Shown here piece after piece: positions 8,229 through 17,885 of a DNA stretch of 19,001 bases. Made by a program: the position numbers and the translations under genes. The DNA is from Promethearchaeota archaeon (GTDB lineage: Archaea > Asgardarchaeota > Heimdallarchaeia > Hodarchaeales > Hodarchaeaceae). Location of the stretch: the NCBI GenBank assembly GCA_048939725.1, contig JBHLPG010000056.1, positions 1 through 19,001 of the forward strand, given 5' to 3'. The notes beneath the pieces are model-generated. The model made no database searches, was not told where the DNA came from, and saw nothing but the letters and a program-made list of their open reading frames with translations. The first letter of the stretch is position 1; every line of letters starts with the position of its first letter.

Positions 8229-10535
8229 TTAGAGATATTCTTTTATTCCCAGTAAATCCTTTCTACCGATTTCCGATTTACCTAGGAGCTTCTTTTCCAG
8301 TTCCATAAATTCTTTGATAATTCTCTCGTTAATACTGGGATGAATAGCCTTCTTGGCATCATGAAAATGACGTTGTTCAATTAATTCTGTGTTTAAATCC
8401 TCACGGAGAGCAATCATTACCGCTTCGCGGCATATTGCTGCAATATCAGCCCCTACATATCCATCTAGATCACTAGCGAGCTGAGAAAGGTTTACATCAT
8501 TACCTAACTTCATTCCGCTTGTGTGGATCTTTAGAATTTTCTCCCTAGATTTCAAGTCAGGAGGTTTCACTAAAAGTAATCGGTCAAATCTCCCAGGTCG
8601 GAGAAGGGCTGGGTCAATCATATCTGGTCGATTACTTGCTCCTAAAACCATAACATCACGTAAACTTTCTAAACCATCTATTAATGACAAAATTTGGTTT
8701 ACCACACTCTCTGTAACATGGCTTCCACCCGGAAAAGCGCCGCGGCGTGGAGCAATTGCATCTAACTCATCTAAAAAAATAATGGAAGGAGAAGCCTGCT
8801 TAGCTTTCCTGAAAACTTCACGAACGGCTTTTTCGCTTTCACCAACCCATTTTGATAATAATTCAGGTCCTCGAATAGCGATGAAATTGGCTTGACTTTC
8901 AGTAGCGACCGCTTTAGCCAAAAGGGTTTTTCCTGTGCCAGGAGGGCCATAAAGAAGAATGCCATGAGGAGGAGTGACACCATGGCGTTGGAAAATCTTA
9001 GGATGAGCTATAGGCCATTCGACAGCCTCAATAAGTTGTTGTTTCACTGTTTCTAGTCCTCCGATGTCTTCCCAATGGACATTTGGGATTTCAAGCAGTA
9101 CTTCCCTCATAGCTGATGGTTCTGTTATCTTAAGTGCTTCATCAAAGTTTTCTTTTGACACAACTAACTTCGAAAGAATCTCAGGAGTAAGGGGCTTGTC
9201 AAAATCAATTTTAGGCAGGACTTTTCTGAGAGTATGCATTGCAGCTTCTTTAGTAAGAGCAGCAATATCTGCTCCAACAAATCCATGAGTTTTAGCCGCA
9301 TATTCATGTAGGTCAACATCATCAGCTAAAGGCATTCCTCTAGTATGAACTAATAAGACCTCGTAACGGCCATTTTTATCTGGAACTCCGATTTCGATTT
9401 CTCTATCAAATCGGCCAGGCCGACGCAATGCAGGGTCAAGAGCATTCGGACGATTAGTCGCTCCAATTACAATGACTTTACCACGGCTCTTTAAACCATC
9501 CATTAAAGCGAGAAGTTGAGCTACAACACGTCTTTCTACTTCACCAGTAACCTCTTCCCGTTTCACAGCGATAGAGTCCAATTCATCTATGAAAATAATG
9601 CTAGGTGCCTCTTTTTCTGCATTTTGAAATATTTCCCGAATACGTTGTTCACTCTCTCCATAAAATTTAGACATAATTTCTGGACCCGCTATTGAAACAA
9701 AATTCACTCCTGATTCATTTGCAACTGCTTTCGCTAACAGAGTTTTTCCTGTTCCAGGGGGCCCATGTAATAAAACTCCTTTTGGGGGATCAATACCTAG
9801 ACGCTCAAAAAGTTCGGGGTGCTTCATCGGAAGTTCAATCATCTCCCGAACCCTTTTTATTTCCTCTGAAAGCCCTCCAATATCTTCATATGTCACACGT
9901 GGCATCATTCTAAGATCCTTAGGAGCTTCTTCGACAATTGTAACTTCTGTTGTATCTCCTACAGTTACGATGCCTTCTGGATCTGTTGCTACAACTATAA
10001 CTTTAATTTCACCCAAAGAAACAGGGCTTGTTGCCCCAAAGAATCTAGATATAAAATCATCCATTCCTGTACCAGTAGTTCCTCCTCCAGAAGGAGGTAT
10101 CTTCCTGATTTGTCCTGTGATAACTAGTAAATCTCCCCGAGAAACAGGATGATTCTGTAAGCGTTCACGAATAATCTCAGATCGAACTAAAAGACGAATT
10201 CTTTCTTCTGCGGGAGCAATCGTAATACGTTTTGCTTCTCGCTTCCTGATTTTCCGAATTCGAACTGTTTCCCCTAAACTTGTCCCCACATTTCCTCGAA
10301 TCAATCCATCCATCCGAATGATTTTTTTTCCCCGATCTTCTCTTCTTCCAGGTATGACCAATGCACCTGTTTTCTTACCTCCCGTCCTTTCACTGGCAAT
10401 CTCTACAATATCTCCAGTTTCTAATCCATTTTCCCGCATAATAGAATAGTCAACTCTGACTAATCCTCGGCCAACATCACCCTGGTTGGCTTCAACTACT
10501 TTTAAAAGTAGTTCCTTCTCATTATCATCTGTCAT
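8229..10535 (-). CDS. CDC48/VAT/p97-type AAA+ ATPase with two AAA modules
   Basis: 768-aa ORF. CDC48 N-domain; two Walker A motifs ([15 protein letters not shown]), Walker B IIFIDELD and IIFLDELD, and SRH motifs [20 protein letters not shown] and [20 protein letters not shown]. Confidence 0.96.
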   Translation of the reverse strand: MTDDNEKELLLKVVEANQGDVGRGLVRVDYSIMRENGLETGDIVEIASERTGGKKTGALVIPGRREDRGKKIIRMDGLIRGNVGTSLGETVRIRKIRKREAKRITIAPAEERIRLLVRSEIIRERLQNHPVSRGDLLVITGQIRKIPPSGGGTTGTGMDDFISRFFGATSPVSLGEIKVIVVATDPEGIVTVGDTTEVTIVEEAPKDLRMMPRVTYEDIGGLSEEIKRVREMIELPMKHPELFERLGIDPPKGVLLHGPPGTGKTLLAKAVANESGVNFVSIAGPEIMSKFYGESEQRIREIFQNAEKEAPSIIFIDELDSIAVKREEVTGEVERRVVAQLLALMDGLKSRGKVIVIGATNRPNALDPALRRPGRFDREIEIGVPDKNGRYEVLLVHTRGMPLADDVDLHEYAAKTHGFVGADIAALTKEAAMHTLRKVLPKIDFDKPLTPEILSKLVVSKENFDEALKITEPSAMREVLLEIPNVHWEDIGGLETVKQQLIEAVEWPIAHPKIFQRHGVTPPHGILLYGPPGTGKTLLAKAVATESQANFIAIRGPELLSKWVGESEKAVREVFRKAKQASPSIIFLDELDAIAPRRGAFPGGSHVTESVVNQILSLIDGLESLRDVMVLGASNRPDMIDPALLRPGRFDRLLLVKPPDLKSREKILKIHTSGMKLGNDVNLSQLASDLDGYVGADIAAICREAVMIALREDLNTELIEQRHFHDAKKAIHPSINERIIKEFMELEKKLLGKSEIGRKDLLGIKEYL

Positions 10536-10602
10536 TTGACAAACAATTCCCTAATGCTTTTTTTCCTTAATTTAATCTAAGTTTGAAAGAATTATAATTA
10601 TT

Positions 10603-11409
10603 TCACCTGTCATTACCTGTTGAATTAATCAATTTATGAAGATATGCTTTTGCAGCAAGGACATCTTTCTTAGCAACCTCTACTGAGTCAGCTGTTTTAG
10701 AAATAATCAGGTGTATATTTTTTTCCTCCTGATATGCCTCAGGAAGTGATTTTATCCATACATCATGCTTTTGACGTACTTGTATTAAGAATGGGGCAAG
10801 TAATGATTCATCTGTAAAAGCTGAGGTGAACTCTGTCTCATAATAACCAATTTGCTTTTGATTTTTTAAAACAGAGATTTTCGTCTCAACTGCTTTATAC
10901 ATCTCCTTCATCTCACGGGGAACCCCTGGAAGACAAAAAATCCATGTATTCGAAAAATCGTGGATAAAAAAGATGCCAGGAGCAGTTCCTACTGGATTAT
11001 CAATAATTTCAGAACCTACTGGAAGAATTGCCATTTTTTTACGTGCTGGTGTAATCTCAGCAGTGTCTACTAGACCCTTATCAAATAGGTCTTTGTAACG
11101 CTTAGTTACCATTGATAAGGCTTCAATGTTAAGTTCAGTATTCACATTTAATGCTTTAGCTAAGAAGATTGCAGTCGAATCATCCCAAGTTGGGCCTAAT
11201 CCTCCTGTAATTAGAATAAGGCGATATCGACCAGAAGATATAAGGAGAGAAATTTCATTTGGAACTACATCTGGGTCATCAGGAAGGGTCAAGATTTTCT
11301 GAACAACAAAACCAAGGTTTGTGAGTTTTTTCGCAAGAAAGTTAGCGTTTGTGTTAACGGTTTTCCCTGACAGTAATTCATTTCCAACAGAAATCAAGCA
11401 CACATTCAT
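10603..11409 (-). CDS. CinA-like / MoCF (molybdopterin-binding) domain protein
   Basis: 268-aa ORF. MNVCLISVGNELLSGKTVNTNANFLAKKLTNLGFVV, ILITGGLGPTWDDST, NPVGTAPGIF and CLPGVPREMKEM are CinA N-terminal domain motifs. No C-terminal deamidase domain. Confidence 0.88.
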   Translation of the reverse strand: MNVCLISVGNELLSGKTVNTNANFLAKKLTNLGFVVQKILTLPDDPDVVPNEISLLISSGRYRLILITGGLGPTWDDSTAIFLAKALNVNTELNIEALSMVTKRYKDLFDKGLVDTAEITPARKKMAILPVGSEIIDNPVGTAPGIFFIHDFSNTWIFCLPGVPREMKEMYKAVETKISVLKNQKQIGYYETEFTSAFTDESLLAPFLIQVRQKHDVWIKSLPEAYQEEKNIHLIISKTADSVEVAKKDVLAAKAYLHKLINSTGNDR

Positions 11410-11730
11410 TTATTAAAAGCCTCAAAAAAGTAAATCTGTTGATTTTACCACTCGATAGACATTTCTTTGGTCAAAACTCCTAAAAAGAAGAATATCTTCT
11501 TAATTTTTCTATCCAAAATGACTTGAATCTTTTCTATGTTCAATATGAGATTAAATTTGTTTAATAGAAATGTATTAATTTTTCTATGAATTATGAAGCA
11601 GGGTACTTATACTACAGAGCTCATTCAACATTTAAAGGTTAAATCTATTTGATCTGATTAGATTAATTTAAAAAAGGAGTAAGCTATCGTGAACTAAAGT
11701 ATGTCATTGTAATACACATATATAACTGAA

Positions 11731-11738
11731 ACATATAA
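11731..11738 (+). promoter_or_regulatory. Candidate TATA box (ACATATAA) upstream of the tubulin-like gene cluster
   Basis: ACATATAAAG at 11731-11740, about 55 nt upstream of the ATG at 11792, in the divergent intergenic region. Confidence 0.3.
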
Positions 11739-11791
11739 AGAACCCTCTCTGGAAGTAGTAACGAAAAGAAACTACACATCATCTTCAAAGG

Positions 11792-14700
11792 ATGCTTGTT
11801 AAAATGTCATCGGAAGGAAAGCTTCTGGTTTCAAAAGAAGTACTTCATAAAATTAGAGATTTAGTGACTGAGTTACGCTCAATTGACCCCACAGTGCAAG
11901 TTGTCTCCGCATTAAATGAAGCCCAAAAATTAGTGATAGAAATCGAAAAACTAGAGAAAGCCTTACCAAAAGCTGGTTTCTTTAAAAAGAGGGGAATTAA
12001 TAAAACTCTTACTCAAGATAAGGAAAAGTACAACAAGCTGACAGAGGAGTTACTAAACGCTCTTTTGGTTGGATTTCGTAAAATTTACTTTGATCTGGCA
12101 AATAACATCAAAGAAATAGCTAAATTTATCCCCCAGGAAACAGAAACTATTCGGAAACTGCAAATTCCAAGCTTTGATGTAAACGAAATCCTGAAGTTTA
12201 GTTCACAAGTTCTGAGGACATATAACCAGATTTCTGAGGTTTTACGAGGGAAAAATGTTTCAATTTTGTTATTTAATCGTGAGATTATCGAGCTTTATGG
12301 AAAATTTGTTAATTTTGATGAAGAAAAGGTTCAAGTGACAAATCAGACGACAAAAACAAGTATTCATGTGATGACAATACCCGATTTACTTGAAGTTTAT
12401 AGTCTTTTAGATGCTGAAAATGCGTATCTAAAGCAGCGGAGGAAAGGTACAGAAGGCAAAATACAATTGGCAATTGTTCAAATGTCCTCTGAACTACAAC
12501 AGCATATTGATACTGTTGCATCAATTGGTTTAGACCTTTGGAATAAAATTGATATTTTGAAAGAGGAAGTTCAAGACGTTCAGACAAGTGCGGACAGAAC
12601 AACTTCAGTTGAAACTCTTATCTCGTTAGAGAAACGACTTAATTCCCTTAGTAATGAGTTTATCAACATTTTACGGACATATGAAATATCCCTTAAGACA
12701 GAAACAGATGATCAAATTGGACGAATAATTCAGATCTTTGGGAAGGAAGGACTAGAGTCTACTTTTTCCCCAGCTCCAGAAACAGATATATCATCTACAA
12801 TTATTCCAACTATTATCCAGGATATCGAGAAAATTCGTTCTTGGCGCCAACAGCAGATAATTGCTACAAAAAAGATTCTTAGTACATCAGAGCTAATCAA
12901 TTCATCCAAAGCAATTCGTGCGATGAAGATACCAGTCCCTCCTAACATTGAGAAAGATGTACGGGCGATAGAGAAAGAAGCAGCAAAAACAAGCGACCTT
13001 CAAGAGTGGGTAGAACTAGCAAAAAGGTATCATGACTTGAAAACATCCCTTGCTGGCGAATGCCAGAATTATTTTTTCCGACTACTCGAAAATCCACATA
13101 TTCAAGAGGTCATTAACCTAAGTGAAGGGCCACAGATACCTACCATTCGCGATTTTGAAGCTCTTAGTCCCAGTGAATTAAGTAGTAAAGCTCGTGAGAT
13201 CAAGGATTGGGAGACTCGTTTGGTTGCTTATTTTTCTAAACCCGCTCAACAAAGCCTCAGACAGAATTTATTAAATTTATATGATTCTCGTGAAAGTTTA
13301 CGGGATATTATGTCACCTGAGTTGAAAGAACAAATCGATTATCAAAGAAAGCAGAAGATTGCAGAGGAAATTGATATTCGTGACTTAGTTCATGAGATTG
13401 AGGGGTTGCATAGACTTAATGCAAACATTAAAACTGAGCTTTGGAATAAAATAGATAATGAGATACATCCCATTTACAATCAACTTACAAATCTCGAAAC
13501 AATTCCTCCAAAATTAAAAATACATGTTCCAATTCTCACAATAGACGATTTAAAATCCTTCCGAGAAGAAGCCAGTGAAGCAGCTCAAAAAAGTATTCAG
13601 GAGCTGTTAGATGAATATGAAAAGATACCACTGTGGAAATACAAGATATCCTCCCGAATCCGTGAAAATTTGAAAGCAATTCCTTTTCCTTTAATACCTG
13701 TAGAGACACGATTCGATTTAAGGGAAAAACGTAATCAAATTGTTGATTTAATAGATGATTTTTCAGAACAAGGGAACATTGAAGCCGTAATCAAAGAATA
13801 TATTTCTTTCTTAGAAACAATTGAAGAAAATAAGAAGGAAATTCTTATTGAATTGAAAAAACAAATAGGGAATCTTGAAGGAGTCGATAGAAGACTCTTT
13901 AGATTATTAAAATCTCGGAAAACTAGTTTAATCTATTCTACAGATAAAGAAATAGATAATCTTGATTATTCTGAAGCTTTAACAGAATTCTGGCAATTAT
14001 CTGCCTTTATCGATCGAAAAGCTTCAACATTAGCAGAGCAAATGGAACGTGAGATTTCCTCTCATATACAGGACTATTCAAAACTTCCTAGTCAGTATTC
14101 AGGTTTTTTTGATGAAACCTTGAAACTTATGGAAGAGAAAATGGATGAAATTAAAACCCATAAAGATATTGTCCGTTTAGTTAATGTTTTTGAGAGTTAT
14201 AGCTTGGAAAGCTTACAAATGGCAAAAGATTCCTTAGCCAAACTTCATCAAAATCTCTATAATTGGCTGAGGGTTAGTCTCCCTAGGATAAATGAAATAA
14301 CACCTCTTCATGAAGCGATTTTTAGTGCGGAGAAGAAAGTTGCTGATTTTGAAGCTGAGGAAGTATCTCATGAGCGATTAGCTCACAAATTAAGACAGTT
14401 GATATTCCTTTATGATACGGAAATCTTGGCTGTTTTACTAGCACATGGAGTTCAGGAATCACGAAGGGTTCTGAAAAATGTTAACGACTTGAAAGATGTC
14501 GGGATCAATATTATTGAGTATGTTGGGAGTTATATCGAAAATTTCAGTCAAATAATTGTCAAAAACCAAGAAGATGTTCAATTACGAGAAGTAACTGATG
14601 TTTTCATCGAAATTGATAATTTACAGACTGATACTAAAGCTTGTCGTGAAATTCGATCCATGGGAAAACGCTATATTACTGAAATTCAAGATTCCGTGGA

Positions 14701-15307
14701 ATATTCATTTAATCATTATCAAATTGACTTACGTCAGGATGAACGAGTTGATCTAGCATATCTTAGCAAATTTCAAGAAATAGCAACGACTGATCACGTT
14801 AGTCGTTTAACTGAAGCTATCCTTGAATTAGCTGCAGTTAGAACCTCTGTAATTGAAATTATGAAAGCAATTGAGAAAAGTCGAAATGCTGCTCTACAGG
14901 CCGAGTTGGGGGAGTTAGAATATTATTCTGACATTCAAGAAGTGTTCAAACGATATACAAAGGAAGCATCAGAAAAGATATTCCCATTGTCAGAATTAAT
15001 TAAAGCTCGTGAGGAATTTCTTGATTCTCATGATCTTAGATATATTCTAGAGTTATTACCAAAAATAGATGAGCAAAGAAATGAGTGGAAAAACGTATCA
15101 ATACAGTTAAACCATTGGCACCGAGCTGTTCGAATGTTTCGACCTCGTTACACCCCAACAGAGAGTAGAGATGAAAATTTACGATTTTATAAAGAAATAT
15201 CTAAGAAAATCAAAGATACATATCCTCACAATGAAGTAATTCGTTCTTATTTAAGTCTAGTAATGAAATTACTAATTGAAATTAAATCTGGAATAAAATT
15301 GGAGTAA
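11792..15307 (+). CDS. Giant all-helical / coiled-coil repeat protein (uncharacterised), first gene of the tubulin-like cluster
   Basis: Uninterrupted 1171-aa ORF, ATG start (second ATG at 11804). Rich in Leu/Ile/Glu/Lys with heptad-like periodicity. Recurring units include LWNKID repeated 301 codons apart. Confidence 0.9.
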   Translation: MLVKMSSEGKLLVSKEVLHKIRDLVTELRSIDPTVQVVSALNEAQKLVIEIEKLEKALPKAGFFKKRGINKTLTQDKEKYNKLTEELLNALLVGFRKIYFDLANNIKEIAKFIPQETETIRKLQIPSFDVNEILKFSSQVLRTYNQISEVLRGKNVSILLFNREIIELYGKFVNFDEEKVQVTNQTTKTSIHVMTIPDLLEVYSLLDAENAYLKQRRKGTEGKIQLAIVQMSSELQQHIDTVASIGLDLWNKIDILKEEVQDVQTSADRTTSVETLISLEKRLNSLSNEFINILRTYEISLKTETDDQIGRIIQIFGKEGLESTFSPAPETDISSTIIPTIIQDIEKIRSWRQQQIIATKKILSTSELINSSKAIRAMKIPVPPNIEKDVRAIEKEAAKTSDLQEWVELAKRYHDLKTSLAGECQNYFFRLLENPHIQEVINLSEGPQIPTIRDFEALSPSELSSKAREIKDWETRLVAYFSKPAQQSLRQNLLNLYDSRESLRDIMSPELKEQIDYQRKQKIAEEIDIRDLVHEIEGLHRLNANIKTELWNKIDNEIHPIYNQLTNLETIPPKLKIHVPILTIDDLKSFREEASEAAQKSIQELLDEYEKIPLWKYKISSRIRENLKAIPFPLIPVETRFDLREKRNQIVDLIDDFSEQGNIEAVIKEYISFLETIEENKKEILIELKKQIGNLEGVDRRLFRLLKSRKTSLIYSTDKEIDNLDYSEALTEFWQLSAFIDRKASTLAEQMEREISSHIQDYSKLPSQYSGFFDETLKLMEEKMDEIKTHKDIVRLVNVFESYSLESLQMAKDSLAKLHQNLYNWLRVSLPRINEITPLHEAIFSAEKKVADFEAEEVSHERLAHKLRQLIFLYDTEILAVLLAHGVQESRRVLKNVNDLKDVGINIIEYVGSYIENFSQIIVKNQEDVQLREVTDVFIEIDNLQTDTKACREIRSMGKRYITEIQDSVEYSFNHYQIDLRQDERVDLAYLSKFQEIATTDHVSRLTEAILELAAVRTSVIEIMKAIEKSRNAALQAELGELEYYSDIQEVFKRYTKEASEKIFPLSELIKAREEFLDSHDLRYILELLPKIDEQRNEWKNVSIQLNHWHRAVRMFRPRYTPTESRDENLRFYKEISKKIKDTYPHNEVIRSYLSLVMKLLIEIKSGIKLE

Positions 15308-15347
15308 TATTCCCTATAAACAGATATTAAAAAAAGAGTGTGTCAAA

Positions 15348-16718
15348 ATGTCAATTGAAGGTGGACCAGAATCAGAGATCTTTGCAATTGGAATTGGTGA
15401 ATGTGGTAGTAATCTTGTGGGAAGCTACCTAGCCAGATCTAAGAAAGGCGAGCTACCTCAACGTATTAGAGAATATCTGGTACTAAATACTGATCGTGGC
15501 GATTTATTAAAAGCCCGAAAAAAATATTCCATTTCAAAAAATCGAACTCTTCTCTATTCAGACGCTGAAATTGGTGTCGGGGGAAAATTCTCTGCGGGAT
15601 ACGAATCGGTTATGAACTCTCAAGATATTATTCTAAATCAATTACAAGGTTTGGGCTACGAAGGGATTAGTGGTTTTTGCATTTTTACCAGCTTTGGGGG
15701 TGGAACTGGATGTGGGGGGACTCCTGCTTTAATACAATTGTTAAGAAAGCGGTTCGCTGAGGAGGAAAAGCGTAAGATCTTCATTTATGTTTTTGGGGTC
15801 TTACCATTTGTTAATCAATCATCTGAAGCAGTAAATAGTGTCTGGGCTTTATCAAAATTACTCCGACTTCAGCTTGAGGAAGGAAATATGGGACCTGATT
15901 TAATACTTCTTCTTTCTAACAGAACAATGCTTGAGAGGGTTTTAAGCTGGCAACGTGGGGAATCCGTTGATTTGTTGAGTCGTCAAATAGGAAAAGATCT
16001 AGCTGACTTGAGCAGTGAGCAAGTAAGCTCCAGTATTCCTGCTGTTATTGGCCAAGACGGGACAGCTTATCCAGCTCAGCTAGAAGAAGCATTTGTAGAA
16101 TTGGTTAACCCTCTAGCCTTGGAATCCATAGCTGAAATGTTATCCCCAGGAGTACCTGAAGTTGGGAAAGAAGTCTTACCTACAACTGATATTGGTGATT
16201 TCGCTCTAAAATTAGATAGTGTGGTTGTTCCAGCTATGTTTGATGATTTAGCTGTTTTTCCAGAAGTTGGAGGGATGGATTCACAGCTTTCTACTGCAGT
16301 TGAATATACTCTTTCTAATTGTAGCTTGACAGATATGGGAACAAACCCCACAGCTTCTTCTGTTTTTTCGGTACTCAGTGGACCACAGAATATTGCACGC
16401 GTAGAATATGATCCGCTTTTGAAAAAAGCATTGGCACCTTTTTTAGCTAAAGGAGCAAGTATCTCTCCAACATATTGTGCCTATGATGATGATAATACAA
16501 GAGCATCTCTTCTCCTGTTATTCGGCCTTCCAAAAATCCCAGAACTTCATGATATTCTTGAAGAAGCTAAAGCACTCATAAACCTTCATAGTGGAGACTC
16601 TGAATTAAAACAACATTGGTTTAAACGGTCTAAAGGTACAACACGAAAGGAATTGGAAGAAGCAGTGAGCGATTTAGAAAAATTATTTGGATATTATATT
16701 AAACCAGAAAAAGTTTAA
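15348..16718 (+). CDS. Divergent tubulin/FtsZ-superfamily GTPase
   Basis: 456-aa ORF. T1-like FAIGIGECGSNLVGSYLA, T3-like GVGGKFSAG, T4 signature FGGGTGCGGT (tubulin/FtsZ GGGTGxG), PDLILLLSN and T7-like TTDIGDFALKLDSVVVPAM. Too divergent to be called canonical FtsZ1/FtsZ2 or CetZ by eye. Confidence 0.88.
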   Translation: MSIEGGPESEIFAIGIGECGSNLVGSYLARSKKGELPQRIREYLVLNTDRGDLLKARKKYSISKNRTLLYSDAEIGVGGKFSAGYESVMNSQDIILNQLQGLGYEGISGFCIFTSFGGGTGCGGTPALIQLLRKRFAEEEKRKIFIYVFGVLPFVNQSSEAVNSVWALSKLLRLQLEEGNMGPDLILLLSNRTMLERVLSWQRGESVDLLSRQIGKDLADLSSEQVSSSIPAVIGQDGTAYPAQLEEAFVELVNPLALESIAEMLSPGVPEVGKEVLPTTDIGDFALKLDSVVVPAMFDDLAVFPEVGGMDSQLSTAVEYTLSNCSLTDMGTNPTASSVFSVLSGPQNIARVEYDPLLKKALAPFLAKGASISPTYCAYDDDNTRASLLLLFGLPKIPELHDILEEAKALINLHSGDSELKQHWFKRSKGTTRKELEEAVSDLEKLFGYYIKPEKV

Positions 16719-16732
16719 GGTGCTAGATCAAA

Positions 16733-17794
16733 TTGGACAGAAAAGATCCCCCAAGGTTTGAATACACTAACAAAGAACATCCAAACTCTAATGAATCTAA
16801 TGAAAAATCATCTGACCAAGATGAAGAAAAACTCCCTTCATCTGATTTTTGGATGTCCAGGGGAAACATGGGTGAGAAGATAAATATCCTTATAGGATTA
16901 AATCTCGTTCTTATAAACTTAGTTTCCTCATTTATGCTAACTAAGGATGATCCTATTCCTGGTGATTTGGTTAAAAGTCTAATCAAAACCCAGGAATTTC
17001 TTAATAAAATGGTCATGCAGCCAGAAAAAGGGTTAGAAATTTTAGAAAATATTGAAATAGTTTACTCCAAAGTGGCCACATTAATGGAGGGAGTTACAAA
17101 TTCTACTATGTCAACCATTGCTTTAGAAAAGAAACCTCAGGATGTCCCAGAAAATGTCTTTGGTTTATTTCAAAGAAATGCAGTCTACCTAGATAAATGG
17201 GGGATAATTGAAAGTATCGAAAACTTAATCGCTTCTTACTCAAATTTATCTCATATAGGTTTTCCGAATTTTTACTTCACTGCGAGTAAAGAGTTGCATC
17301 GTTATGAATTGACACAGGATCCTGTTTCAAACCAATATGATATTATTCAAATACCCTCCTTTCAACTTAGAAATCTGGTAAGTAAGTTATTACGTGAAGC
17401 ACCCGCAGCCCGTTTATTACAAAATCTTCGGAAAATGTTTCCTGCAGAAGAAGATTCAGCTCTTACTTCAATAGAACAAGATGAAATCCATAACATTGTA
17501 GAATTGTATTATAAAAACATTTCAGAATATTTTAGCGGAACTCGCAGCTTGCAGGATTCTCTCCGCATCTCATCAGGGATCTTAAAGAACTATAACCTAG
17601 GAACAGGAGATTTGGAATCAAGAATACCTAATGTTTCTTTTAATATTACAAAAGAAATCAATTTAGAGCTTCAAAATACGGAGAATATATTGAAACAGTA
17701 TATATTATCTGAAACCATCATCCTGATCCATCGATTGAATGATTCACTCTTACAGAGTGAAAGATTTGTCCTCTTCTTAAGACATCTAAAATAA
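16733..17794 (+). CDS. Uncharacterised helical protein with disordered N-terminus and one hydrophobic segment (possible membrane anchor)
   Basis: 353-aa ORF, TTG start 14 nt after the tubulin-like gene's stop. Residues 1-45 are polar/acidic and low-complexity; residues 50-69 are INILIGLNLVLINLVSSFML; the rest is predicted helical. Confidence 0.75.
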   Translation: MDRKDPPRFEYTNKEHPNSNESNEKSSDQDEEKLPSSDFWMSRGNMGEKINILIGLNLVLINLVSSFMLTKDDPIPGDLVKSLIKTQEFLNKMVMQPEKGLEILENIEIVYSKVATLMEGVTNSTMSTIALEKKPQDVPENVFGLFQRNAVYLDKWGIIESIENLIASYSNLSHIGFPNFYFTASKELHRYELTQDPVSNQYDIIQIPSFQLRNLVSKLLREAPAARLLQNLRKMFPAEEDSALTSIEQDEIHNIVELYYKNISEYFSGTRSLQDSLRISSGILKNYNLGTGDLESRIPNVSFNITKEINLELQNTENILKQYILSETIILIHRLNDSLLQSERFVLFLRHLK

Positions 17795-17885
17795 TAACTT
17801 TTTTATGAAATAAGACATAATTAAAAATATAAATTTCATAATTATTTCTTGTCAAGACTGAAGGAACTATGTGTGAGGTAAGAAT

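Noticed and set aside
8521-10152. Several plus-strand ORFs (8521-8895, 9064-9288, 9692-9913, 9970-10152) and minus ORF 8771-8983
   Set aside because: All lie within the CDC48 gene, whose frame is strongly conserved; the alternative frames have no protein-like motifs.
12309-12948. Minus-strand ORFs 12309-12602 and 12730-12948
   Set aside because: Antisense to the continuous 1171-aa coding frame; chance openings with Leu/Ser-rich composition typical of the reverse strand of helical genes.
16076-16351. 91-aa minus-strand ORF
   Set aside because: Antisense to the tubulin-like gene, including its T7-like region; Ser/Thr-rich shadow ORF.
16723-17016. 97-aa minus-strand ORF with apparent hydrophobic/Ser-rich character
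   Set aside because: Antisense shadow of the 353-aa gene N-terminus.
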